The translations under genes were made by a program, and so were the position numbers. 64,000 bases of DNA. Origin: the human T2T-CHM13v2.0 reference genome, Homo sapiens. Shown here piece by piece: positions 31,480-43,340 of this stretch. The stretch lies in assembly GCF_009914755.1 (NCBI RefSeq), contig NC_060939.1; one strand, given 5' to 3'. How positions within the stretch are numbered: position 1 is the first letter of the stretch; every line of letters starts with the position of its first letter. Under the pieces are notes generated by a model. It was not told where the DNA came from, did no database searches, and saw only the letters and a program-made list of their open reading frames with translations.

Positions 31480-31760
31480 TTTTTCCCCCTCGGCTCTGCT
31501 ATTATAGTGATCAGCCAAGCTTCGGCAAGGTAAATACTTTTGGAAAATAAGTGGAAATTTGCTGCAAATCAGTCCCTTTTGTGCATGGCCGCGGGAGCAT
31601 GTTGAAATGTTTGGACACTAATACCCATTCATTTTCTTGGCTCCATAAATAAAAGCCGCCAGCTCTGTGGCGGCCGTGAAATGGTATTCTTCAGGGCCCA
31701 GCAGGAACCCCCATCCTTATTACCACTGCAGGGGGCAGGACAGGCCCAAAATAGCAAGAC
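31480..31760. promoter_or_regulatory. Candidate enhancer block
   Basis: Unique sequence with retained CpGs (ggccgcggg, gccgcc, gtggcggccgtg), a ccataaataaaa HOX/CDX-type site and a CTCF-like ctgcagggggcag. Confidence 0.4.
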
Positions 31761-34700
31761 AACTAAATCAAGACATTTTCAATGTCTAACAAAATGACTG
31801 TGTTTTAGAAGGAAGCAAAAGGTTGGAAAAAATTGGACAGCTGTTGTACTTAGTGAAATACCTTTGTTAAAAGAGTTCAGATGGGAAAAAAGAATCTTTT
31901 AAAAATGCATAAGCATATTTCTGAATATCATTTAAAATCTCCAAAGATCTTATGAAACTGTAAATCGAATGCATTGATGTAGTCATCAGAGGACTTCAAG
32001 CTGAAGGTATATTCCGTTTGCAGACCCCGGACCGCAGATTATGATGTGGGTCGTCAGAAATATTCTGCGGGCCTTATTATGCCTGTAGGTTTGATGGGAG
32101 AGTAGCTTCAGAAGGAGGTCAGGGAAGCTTTTGAAGGAACCTGAGCAGCTATTTTGGCCTTCAAATCTTTCTCAAATTAAGATTTTTTTTTTCTAAATAA
32201 GTTCGTAGACCTGAGCAGGTTTTAGCTATTGCTATTTCTTTTATCCAAGAGAAAAATTAGCTGAAGTATTTCTTAAGAGTCATAAAGGCATGGCAGTAAC
32301 TTGACAGGGAGGAAGGCATTGAAAGAAAGTGTTCAGAAGGTATTTTTGGATTTTTGTTTCTCTTTCACTGCCACCCCACCCTGACAGTTATGAAGTGCTG
32401 TTCGCCCATTTTGAATAAACAATAAATTCCTTCTGTTGTCATAATATATCCCATAAGTTAGTATCCAGTCCAATAACAATTAGTACTGATTTTTTTTTGC
32501 ATGGTGCAGTGCTCCATGGCTGACATTATTATAATTAAGCATGTAAATGTAACATCATTCTGACACAAACCAGTCATTTTATGTAGTACAACTCAAAAGG
32601 TTTCCTCAAAATGTAAACACTTAGAAGAATCTTGCCAAATCCCACAAAGTTAACATGCCACTCAAGTCTGAAACACAGGACTTTTGGATTTTTGAAAGTT
32701 AATAAACAAAGAGGAAACTATTCTCTCCCCCACTTCCCACCAATCTCCTCTTCAGTCTTTTATGACTCAGATTTTAATGAGAGCCATAAACATTACCTTG
32801 CCTAATAAAAATTCCAGTATTTCAGAGCTGGCTCAGAGAATGTGAACCACATCTGGTGACAACTGGAGCTAATTAATATCTTTATAGGTGTCTTCCATCC
32901 GCTAGAGTTTAAACAGAAATAGTCAGGGGTGCTTACATCAAAGCCCGAGGCAACGGAGGGCTGTTGCTTGCTTTCCAGTCTGAACTGATAACAAGTAGAC
33001 CAATTTTTATAGGATTGTAAAAGCTAAGTGTGGAGATGGTTCACGCAGAGAAGCACTTTGCTCCACTCTTCCTGCCATTCTGTGCTCATGTCCCTGGTTT
33101 TCTCTGCTGTAGACTAGTCTGGCTAGTTAGTTAGACATGTGGACAGGCAACAGGGAAAAAAAAAATGCTAAAAGAGGGCAGGGGAGACTAACAAATAGCT
33201 GTGCTTAGATTTAGACAAAGCACACAGTGACCCAGACATACCAGATCTTCTTGCAAAGATCTTTAAAAATCTGCTCTGTCAAGCATTTACTTGTGGCCCA
33301 GAGAAGGTTTATCTAACAGGCCCAAGTGAAAATTAACAAGCAAGATGCACTAGCACCAGTGGTGCTAATGCGTGTTTTGAAGCGTACCAATCGGCCTAGT
33401 GCAATGTCACAGCTCCAGGCTAAACATGCAGGTGGTTGAGGGGCTTCTTTTTCAGAGGTTACCCTACAAAGAGCATGGCAGCCTTTCTCTGTCAGTATGG
33501 GCCAGTACCCCAGGAGCTCCCGGACAATCAGAAAATAATGCCATCAACCTGACCATGGTTAAGTACATAACATGCTGAAGGTTCACGGGTTTGTAGTCTG
33601 GAACAATAAAGAAAAAATAAAGACGCTTGCTCGGCAGGCCCCAGCTGTTATTAGCCATGCTGAGAGATCAAGGAAAGGTATGATATGGACTGCCATTTCA
33701 ATTGGGACCAGGTTAATCTTTCAATTGGAGGAGAAGAAAAACAACAACAGAAAAGCAGTCCTTAGAATGAACCAAGGGGACAAATGACAATGTCATTACT
33801 TTCATAAGCTGTGCTTAACTCTTTACTAATAGAGACCACGTATCCTTCAAATAAGCTTAATTTTCTTCAGAATGGTGGGCAGAGAACTCTAACACCTCAA
33901 AGTTCAGCCAATGAACATACTATCTAATCTTCATTAATTGTGCATCGTTGAGACTTATGACTTAGAGGAGAATCTCTCTACCCACGTAGATTAAAAATAA
34001 CTAGTATCTCTTAACGGAAACATCATTGGAGTTTATTCTGGCCTGGACTCCATGGCTGATTTGTGATCTTCAGAAAGTGGCTTAATCACACTGAATCTTA
34101 GCTTACTTGCTTGGAGAATGGATTAGGATGAAGTCAGAGAGTTGGGAATGAAGTCATTCTTGCAACACCAATATTGTTTGAGAAGTTTGTTTAAAAACAC
34201 CAAGAACCATCTGTATGCTATTAAAGGAAAAGCTAAATTGCTGATTGCACACCCAAATATCCAGATGATTCTGTGTGAGTGGGTGTGGGAGGGTGTGCAC
34301 TCTAGAAGGTGGGAGAGATCATGGGAATGTCAGCAGCAAAGAGCTCTGCAAACTGAAAGCTTGCAAGCAAGTAGGAAGTAGAACTAGAATTTCTATTTTT
34401 TTACCTTCCAAATGAAATATGAGAACAAGGAATTCTGCAAGTCTAAAATATAATCATTCATACTATTCCCTAGAAAAGGAAGCCAACAAATGAAGATATC
34501 CCCAGCTTGTTTCTCATTCAGAAAAGGAGCCCATTGTTAGGTTCCAAGGCTATTGTTCCTTTGGTTCATTGATTTTGGTGTTATCTTGGACATACAAAGA
34601 GGTGAGGGGTGAGGACAGGTGGACATATAGGGTGTTTCATTCTTAGATCATTAACTGTGCTCCCATCTCCACAAATAAATGGTTGTGAGCAACCATTGTG

Positions 34701-34976
34701 AAAAATACTTTTTTCCTTCATTTATTTACTATTTTCATAAAATTATAAAAACATGATGGAGGAAAGTACGTTAAAAGTAGACAAAATTCACACAATCTTA
34801 GCTTCCTGCTCAAACAATGTGATCTTGTGTGGCCCAGTCCATTTCCTTCTGATTATGTTTGCATTTTTCTTCCTTATAGAGTCAAGATAATGTCATAATA
34901 CATAAATTGGATTACGTTATGTTTTTCCTCAGGCAATATCATTGCATGTGACTGGAATCTTTATAAACATACTTTT

Positions 34977-35285
34977 CTTCTTCTTCTTCTTTTTTTTTTG
35001 AGACGGAGTCTTGCTCTGTCACCCAGGCTCGAGTGGTACAGTGGCTCTATCTCGGCTCACTGCAAGCTCCGCCTCCTGGATTCACGCTATTCTCTTTCCT
35101 CAGCCTCCCGAGTAACTGGGACTACATCGCCCGCCACCATGACCGGCTAAATTTTTTTTGTATTTTTAGTAGAGATGGGGTTTCACTATGTTAGCCAGGA
35201 TGGTCTCGATCTCCTGACCTCGTGATCTGCCCTCCTCGGCCTCCCAAAGTGCTGGGATTACAGGCGTGAGCCACCGCGCCTGGCC
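34977..35285 (-). mobile_element. AluY within an old L1ME
   Basis: AluY diagnostics gcaagctccgcctcc and ttagccaggatggtctcgatctcctgacctcgtga; TSD ataaacatactttt / ataaacataatttt. Confidence 0.93.
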
Positions 35286-37744
35286 ATAAACATAATTTTT
35301 ATTTGGGTTGCATGACACTTTGTCTTCTGAGTTGAACATTTGGGTTATAGCAAATGTTTTATTTAATACAAAATAATACTAATAAGAAAAGATGCAATTA
35401 AATCATTTTTAAGGCTTCCTCTCATTTAAGATTGTTTTCTTAAGTAAACTCCTGCTAGAAGAACAGAGCAAACTTTTTTAAAGCAACAAGTTCAGTTAAA
35501 GAACTTCTATAAATTCTATTTTAAAAATCACCTGAGTATTTTTAGCTCCGGTTCCTAGAATAGAAAGGAAAATATTGTTAAGGTTTTGAAGACACATGTA
35601 CAGATCTTTCATGCATAGTAGTTAGAATGGGCAGTATATTATATGCAGATAGAAATAAGCATGTGCCAGACCTCTTCGTCTTATTATTAGAAACAATGCT
35701 ACCAAAACTGCTAGCGTCCTCCAGTCTCTAGACATTAGTTTCTTGGCACAATTGACTTAGTATTTAATCAAGCTTGCAGGATAGGCCTCTCTTCTACTAT
35801 GCGCACGGTTAGATATGTCTCAGAAAACATCTGGGATTGTGAGAGGCTTTATGTTTCATGACTAGCCCAATGAATCATCTATCTAGAGTATATTTGGTTT
35901 TGATCTCATGATGGTGGCTGAGAATGTAATGGATGAGGCTTTCTGTTTCTCTCCTTCAGGCTTTACTCTGGATTAGCAAGTACTGTCCTGCTAAGGTTTC
36001 ATGGCCAGAATGCTTCCAATGAATGAAAACTAACACTGTATTACACACACAGCCTAGGCCATTACAAATTGCATAAATACTAGGTAACTGCAACCTTACA
36101 CTAAGATTTTATTGATAAACTGGTGGCATCTTTCATAAGAAAGGTGGCATAATTGTGAAAAGTCATGCACAACACTTTTGTACTCAATTTCATTATTGCC
36201 AAAATTACACACTCATTGAACATTTGGCAAGTTTATTCAAGATGGAAGTGGATTGCAAGCCACGAGAGTTATGGATATCAAAAAACAAAAAGAAGGGATC
36301 CCAGGGATCATAACATTCAATATAATGGGCAAATAACCCACAAAGAGCACATTTTTCTTTAAACAAAAGAACCCAGGCTCATCTATTTGAATAGTTTCCA
36401 TTAAAGCTCCTTTTTACCAGTACCTGATAGTAGATTAAAATGTCACAGATGAGATCAAAGAAATGAGTGGAGAGAAAAACTAGGAAGTGGAGAATCAGAA
36501 GTACCCTCACCTCTTTTACAGGCTAAAATGCAAACCCCTACAAATTATGGGTTTGTTCAAGGAATAATTTGAAGCATGAAAGATTAAGTTCTAGACAATT
36601 TGCCTAAGGGTTTAAGAAAGAAAAACACATTGGAAGAACATGGTAGAAACATCTCTCATTAATCAGACTCTCCATTTCTTTAATTAAAGAATAAATGACT
36701 AGCATTTTGCTTCTGCCCTCGGTGAAGGACTCATAGAAAACCAAATGCCCCCTTTCTGAGTTGGTTGGCCAAGGCTCCTGTTAGTGTTAAGTGTTCACAT
36801 TGATAACTACAGAATCAGTTCCTTGGGGGGGAACCTAAAGACCAATCTTCAGCACAGTTTAGCACTAATCAAGGATTAGTCAATAAATGCATTCTCATAT
36901 GACTTAAGAGAAGCCTGCATTATTTCGCATGGGACTATTATTTTGTAGAACTACCATTAAGTCTTCTTATTAAAAATGGCAATCACCCTGAATTAGAAAA
37001 CACTTTATATTATGAAGAACCTAAAATAAATCACATAAGTTGAAATATCCTCTCTCAGCCTTCTCCTATCTGGTTTGTCTCCAGCCTTCATGTGTCAATA
37101 TGCTATCTATTTAAATGGGAAATCAGCTAAAGTTTTGTCCTTGTGCCATCATTTTGTTTTCCTGGCAAATAAATTAGTTTTGGAAATACATTAAATCCTA
37201 TCTTATTTCATGAAAAACTTATATAAAACCACAGTTTGCTGTTGAGTGATAGCTAGACCTCATAGCATCCAGAGAAGTGTGTAGGAATCCAGGTCATTCT
37301 GTTCTGGAAATTTCACAAACATGTTTCATCACAAAGCCGCTAGTATAATATATATTATATTATACATACATATGTATATAAAATAAATGTCTTCTATAAT
37401 TATACACATAGTTAAAACTGCCAGCTCCTTTTGAGTCTGAGTGGGAAGGAGGGGGGATTGATATTAAGTAATATTGGCAACTCATATTCCCACCGCATCG
37501 TTCCTTTATTAGTATTATTCCAGTTAAAATGTTAAAACATTGATTAACATTTTTTTCTTATTAATTTATTCTTCCCTCAGATACTATATAGGGGAGTACT
37601 TTTTTGTTAAGCACTGCATTAATAAAACAAAAGTAATTATGCTGCTGTATCTTCTAATATCTAAGCAGGGATTTTTCTTCATTACCTAAATGAAGAGGTG
37701 GGATTAGAGGTCAACAAAGATAAAAAGAGGATCAGAGGGTGGAT

Positions 37745-37960
37745 TAACATTTATTGAGTGCATATTCCATTTTAGACACTTTAAATGCATTGTCATATAA
37801 TTCACACAATAGCACGTATGCATTTGTATTACCTTCCCATTTTAGAGATGAAGAAACAGATACCCGGAAAGCTGAAGTCGCTTGCCAGAGATCAGAGTTC
37901 AGTGGTCGGGCTGGGATCCACATATGTCTGCCTGACTTCAAAGTCCTTCTTACCATGAAT
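37745..37960 (-). mobile_element. MIR
   Basis: aacatttattgagtgc...cccattttagagatgaagaaacaga...gtctgcctgacttcaaagtcc. Confidence 0.85.
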
Positions 37961-40900
37961 GTATTACCTATCAAGAAATTACTTTGAGACCATTTGGGTT
38001 TTAGGGAATATTAAAGCCAAATACATACTCTTTCTTTTCTGCTGACAAAATTGTTAAGGCTTGAGTTATCTTTCCACTTGGATTAACAATGACCTTCAAT
38101 ATGGCAAATACTGATTGCCCTTCTGTATACAGACGCCACCCCAAAACTTTCTTCCATTGCCTTTATCTTGAACTAGGAAACATGTGTTCCCTGCTATCCC
38201 CACAACATGAACTCTGCCTTTTCAGAAAAACATTTCCAAAGTTAACACGCTCCAACATAAAGGCCTAGAAGAGCCTCCTAAAAGCCAAGGAGTTTGTCGT
38301 CATGTAAAGACTCTTCTCTAGTTTCTTCATAGTTACCTGCAGATCTCTGTGGATGGGAGGTTAATACAAATGTTAAGAAGGAACTGAAGCGTACTTTTTT
38401 ATCATTTGGTTTTTCATGTAGGCAGACTTCTATCTAAACACAACTTTTATGATTTTTAAACAGAAAGGTATAAAGAAAACAAAGACAATAGATTTATTTA
38501 TTGCTTTCCATTTAAATCATCATTTGCAATAGACTTTCTTTTCTTTTGAAAGGAAAAAATGGAGAGTTTATCCCTGGTTTCAACAGGTTCTGGAAAACCT
38601 AATGAAAAGAGTGGAAGCAAGCACACTGAGAATAGAAAAGTCTTTGTTTATCCCAGGAGCCCTGCATCTGTGAGATTCCACAGCTCCCTGGACAATCCCC
38701 TCACAGGAGGCCACCTGTAGGAGCACAAGCCCTTCAGCCCTGGGGGCTATTTTGCCTCTATCCTCTGCAGTCAAACCACCAGCATGCATTCTGTGCTATG
38801 CTAAATCTGGTAATGGCTTTTCTGAAACACACACCTGTCCATTAAGAATGGCAACGAGACTCCCAACTCATTTTACATAGGCTACTGCACAGCAGTGGAT
38901 GTTAATGACTTTGGAGTGTTTTGTCTTTGACAATAAGCCGGAATCTTGACTATGCAATTGACTGCAACTACATAAATTGCTATTTGGAATGAATCTTAAT
39001 ATATACACTTGTGTATATGAATACAGCTAGCTGCACTTTCCCCATACGATCATGGTTGTTAACATTCTACCCATTTTAAGTGAGCAAATTTGAATAAAAT
39101 GGCTGCGTAATACATTCTGTGTTAACATCAGCTATTTAAAAAGCCCAAGGATTAAAAGTTAATTCCATCCTTTTAATTCAAGGGACATATAAATGGCATT
39201 ATGGGTAGAGCCAACTCCTCTTTTATCAGTCCTTTCATGCTGCCTCCTCACTAATTCTTGGTTGTTCAAATGCTACCTACATAATAAAAGCCTTGAGTTA
39301 ATTTACTAAGATTTTACACCAGTGCAAATGAAAGAAAGGAAAGTGCTAAACAAGGCAATTAGCACTCTGTTTAGTGCACTCCCAAAATAAATGTAGGCAA
39401 TTTACAATTTGGCAAATGGCACTCAATCCAGATCCAACTCATTTATGCCTAAGGGGGTGGTACAGTTCATTAGGGGGAAAAAGTGTTTATATATATTATG
39501 CTATTGAGGCCCAACCCATTTTGTACTACAGCAACAGATGTGACTCCTCCTGAGGTTTATTAGCGTTTCTTGCAGAAAAACGCCAAACTATTATGCTTTC
39601 AAATAAATGGTCCAAAAAGAATGCCTTTTACTATTGAGTATTAGTAGCTAGCTTTACAAGATGGGGTGGGGGTGGGTATAAGTGTGTTTGAGAGATGGTT
39701 TGCAAAACTTATAGTCGTGGATCGGAGCCTTTTTTGTGGCTGGAAGCATGCATTTCCTACATGGACTGCAGTTGCTGAGATCTGCAGAAAGTGTTCGCTT
39801 GAAGTATTACTGACTTTCTTAATTGACAGGAAGGTTGTTTCAAGCCTTTCATGTTTATTCTTGTAAGCCTCTTATTAGTGCAAAAATAATAGATGTTGTT
39901 AATGCAGAATCACAACCAACATTAATATTTAAGATGCTAGAATGAAAAAGGTTAAATGTGTGTTTAGATTGCTTTTGAACAAAGAGCTTTACGAAATAGT
40001 TCAGAAACGTAACAATGGACCAAACTTGGACCAATTTTGCCTGACTTTGAGTCTCTCATTCTTTGGGGGTTTATTCTTTATTTTAGGAAGATGAAGTTCT
40101 TATACACTTTCACATATTCCTGCCATTTGGAATTTGTATCCCTGCTGGAATGAAAATATGAAAATTGACATCTGAGGAAGGAAGGTGCGAGGAAATCCAC
40201 CAACCTCCCCAGTATTTTTGTTTATTTCTAAGTCTATATAGTTCCAGTGAGTGATTAAAAAGAAAAAAAAAAAAAGACAAGGCAAGGTAAAAGCATTCTT
40301 TTGTGCCCTCTAGCTGCTAGAAGCACAAATGAAAAATAAAATTCTCTGATGATTAAATTCACCTAATCTGGCTTAGGGACTGGGATAGAGGGGAGGGGAC
40401 CACAATTCCTATGAGCAAAAGTGTTTTTTTTTCTTTATAAAAGACATCAGGATAAATAAAAGTTTACCATCTTGTATTAACTGCACGCTCATTTTCAAAA
40501 GACAAAGCAGAGAAATAATTCATGAGGGACTCTCAGAAAATTAAACTGGGATATCACTTCTCTCAAACAGCTAATTAATATGACACACATATTTTGGACT
40601 ATGCATTGCTTCGAGTATTGATCACTATTTTAATTCTATTTCTAATGGAAGTTGAGTAGAGATTGCAGTCTAGAATGATTTTTGTTTGTTTGTTTTAGGA
40701 ATAATGTAATTGCTTTTAGAATTGCTGACCAAGCTAGAATGCATACGTAAGTTTATGAAAATGAATGGGGTGTGTGTGCTTTATTTATATGTAACCTTCT
40801 GCTTTAGGGTCACTGTTTGCATGATAATTTTATCTAAATCAGTCCTTAAGGAAATGTGGAATTTGTGGATAGAAGTCCTGATAGCAGTTTGGAGTTTGGG

Positions 40901-43259
40901 TTATAGCCCTTTAAATCCAGGGTGCATTTTGAATGTAAAAATCAGCACCCTGTGTGATCCCTTGCTGCTGAAGTGGGGAATGTTCTGTGAAGGTGGAGTA
41001 AGTGGCTTACTTGTGAGATAGCTTCACAAGGGAAAGATCCAAATGCCCAATTTACTGCACGATTCATTTAGGAGGAGAAAAAGTCTTGCAGCTTGGCACA
41101 CGCCTACTGCCCAGAATTCTGAAAAAGAAACAAAGAAATAGTTTGAAATTTGCAGAATTTAAAACAACGACAACAACAACAAAAGCCCTATCCAAGTTTC
41201 CTAAGAAAACAGCTCCATTACTGCCCTACATTTTTCTGTGTATCCTGGAGAGTGTGTGGGTATGGGGGAGGGGCGGATGGGGTGGGAAGGGAGTTGAGCT
41301 CTTTAATGATTCAAGGAAATATACGAGAACCCCTTTTTATATTTTTCCCTGAAGTGAATACACAGTTCAGAGGACTCAGTTGAGTCTCACAGCCATTCCC
41401 AGCAATTCCCGATACAGTGGAGAGTTCAGCAGAAAGGGCTCAGTCTCAACAGATGTTCTAAGTGGCGCCTCCTGAGTTGCTCTTGTGTGGTGGAGAAATA
41501 CAGAAATCAAGCTAAATCAAATTAGGCAGCAGAATAAGAAAATAAAGGTCAGGTCCACCAGCATCTGAGTAAACAGCCTATGCCAATGTGGCCATCTACA
41601 GTCAGGAACTAATTAAGGGCTGATTGTCCTTCTCAGTGAAACCTCAAAAATGCATGGTAGTGAATTATTAAAAACAACAACAACAAAAATAATACAAAAC
41701 CCCCACACTCTGCAGTGTGCCAGATGAAAAGATAGGGAACCATAATATCCCGCGGAATTGTGTCTCTTGGATAGAGATAGTCCCTAAATCCCCAGCTCTC
41801 TTTGTTTTGATGACAATTTTTCTTCCTTTAAGGAAGCAGAAACTATGCTCTAAGCCTGTCTTGTGTTACAGCTCCTTTTACCTTTGTCTGCCTATCTCAG
41901 CTGGTATTTAATTGGTCAGCAATAGGAGGGAAGTCTCCTTTGAGGTAATGAATATTGACTGTTTATGTTGAAATGTCACTGTGAAAAGAAAGCCCAGCAC
42001 CAAAGAGGGAGAACCCAGTGTGAGAGTCTCAGACACAAAGGAGACACCAGTGAAACGGAGGCATTGAAAAGCAAAGCAGCTGAAATTCAAAGAACAGATG
42101 AAACAGAAATGGCCTACATGTGTGGGAATTTTAAGCTAGCAATTGACAGGTGAAAAAGTCATTATTTTACCTGTTATAACCAAGTGTAATTGCGTGTTTT
42201 TCCTAAAATGGCATGGGGGCCATGGTTCATATAACTATTTCCATTGAGAAACCATCCTCATCTTTTAATGAATAATTTTTGTTTCATAAAGGTGATGGGT
42301 AAACCTGTTTCTAATTATATGGATTTGAAAAGTTAGAAAAAAAAGAAAGGGAGGAGCTACTTTGCTAGGATGGCCCTCTCTTAAAATGGTTAGATCTTGC
42401 ATTTCTCAAATGAACCTGCTGGGTCTGAAAAGTTTTGGCTGTTGCAATTATAGATTTTAAGGCAAAAAAAAGGGAAAGGCAAAATGCTGTCACAAGCCAA
42501 GTACAGTCTGCTAATTAGTTTAGCTTGGTTGGAAATATTATCATTTAATAATATGGGACATTATTTACTGCATATCTTGGTCATTTGATGGTGACCGTGA
42601 GCTGACAGCTGAGACAGTGTCTCTTTAACCCTCTCTGTGCTGGTCAAGCACTTCCCCATTTAAGTCTGGTTTTGCTGGGGAGCTATGGCTTAATTCACCC
42701 ACAATGGATTTTATGTCACTGTGTGAATTGGATTTTCCCTTCTTATATTTCCCCCAAATGGTGACCAGCCAGATAAGTAAAATCGGAAAAAGGACAGCAA
42801 ATAGAGAATTTCTATATGATTTCAATGTGTAGGAAGTTCTAACGTTGCCAAGTTTTTAAGTCTGAGAGGAGTCTCCCCATCCTTCTTTGGGCTTCATGAC
42901 CATTTTGCAAGTTAATGGTAACTACAAGTATTGTTTTTCTTGCCTTTTTATTGTGGAAAAGAAGGCAAATGAAACAAAGGGATTACTATGTAACTACTGA
43001 GTCACACTCGTGGGAAAAATAAAATCACTGTGGAGTTAAGATAAACAAAAAACTTCAGTTTCTGGTCCCCATGAATAAGGCGGCTGTATTTACAGTGTGG
43101 TTTTACTGTTCACATATTTAAAGTTCACATATTTAAACTTTATCATAATTGGGACCCCATCATCACACATTTTTAAGGCAAGAGCTCATTAGCTTTCTCT
43201 TTGGATCCCAAATGCAGAAAGGATTCCGTTTTTGTTGCCCAGCCATTCAATTGTTTTCC

Positions 43260-43340
43260 AAAACCCGGAAAAATAAAAGATGACATCTTTAGTCACACCC
43301 CACGTCATGCTTGAACCCTGACCTGTGACACTCACCTAAC
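43260..43340. promoter_or_regulatory. Candidate enhancer core (UPRE + DR1 + ETS)
   Basis: ccacgtca 43300-43307, tgaaccctgacct 43312-43324, ccggaa 43265-43270. Confidence 0.35.

Noticed and set aside
31275-31518. YI/CV-rich ORFs
   Set aside because: Microsatellite translation.
34975-34992. (GAA)n in the AluY tail, reminiscent of the FXN repeat
   Set aside because: Only ~5 units; common in Alu tails.
35960-36083. Possible + strand exon (good pyrimidine tract, ag|gtaact donor)
   Set aside because: Stops in all three frames and a modest donor; no support beyond motif chance.
43108-43137. 15-bp tandem duplication (similar ones near 7908 and 57271)
   Set aside because: Ordinary slippage micro-duplications.
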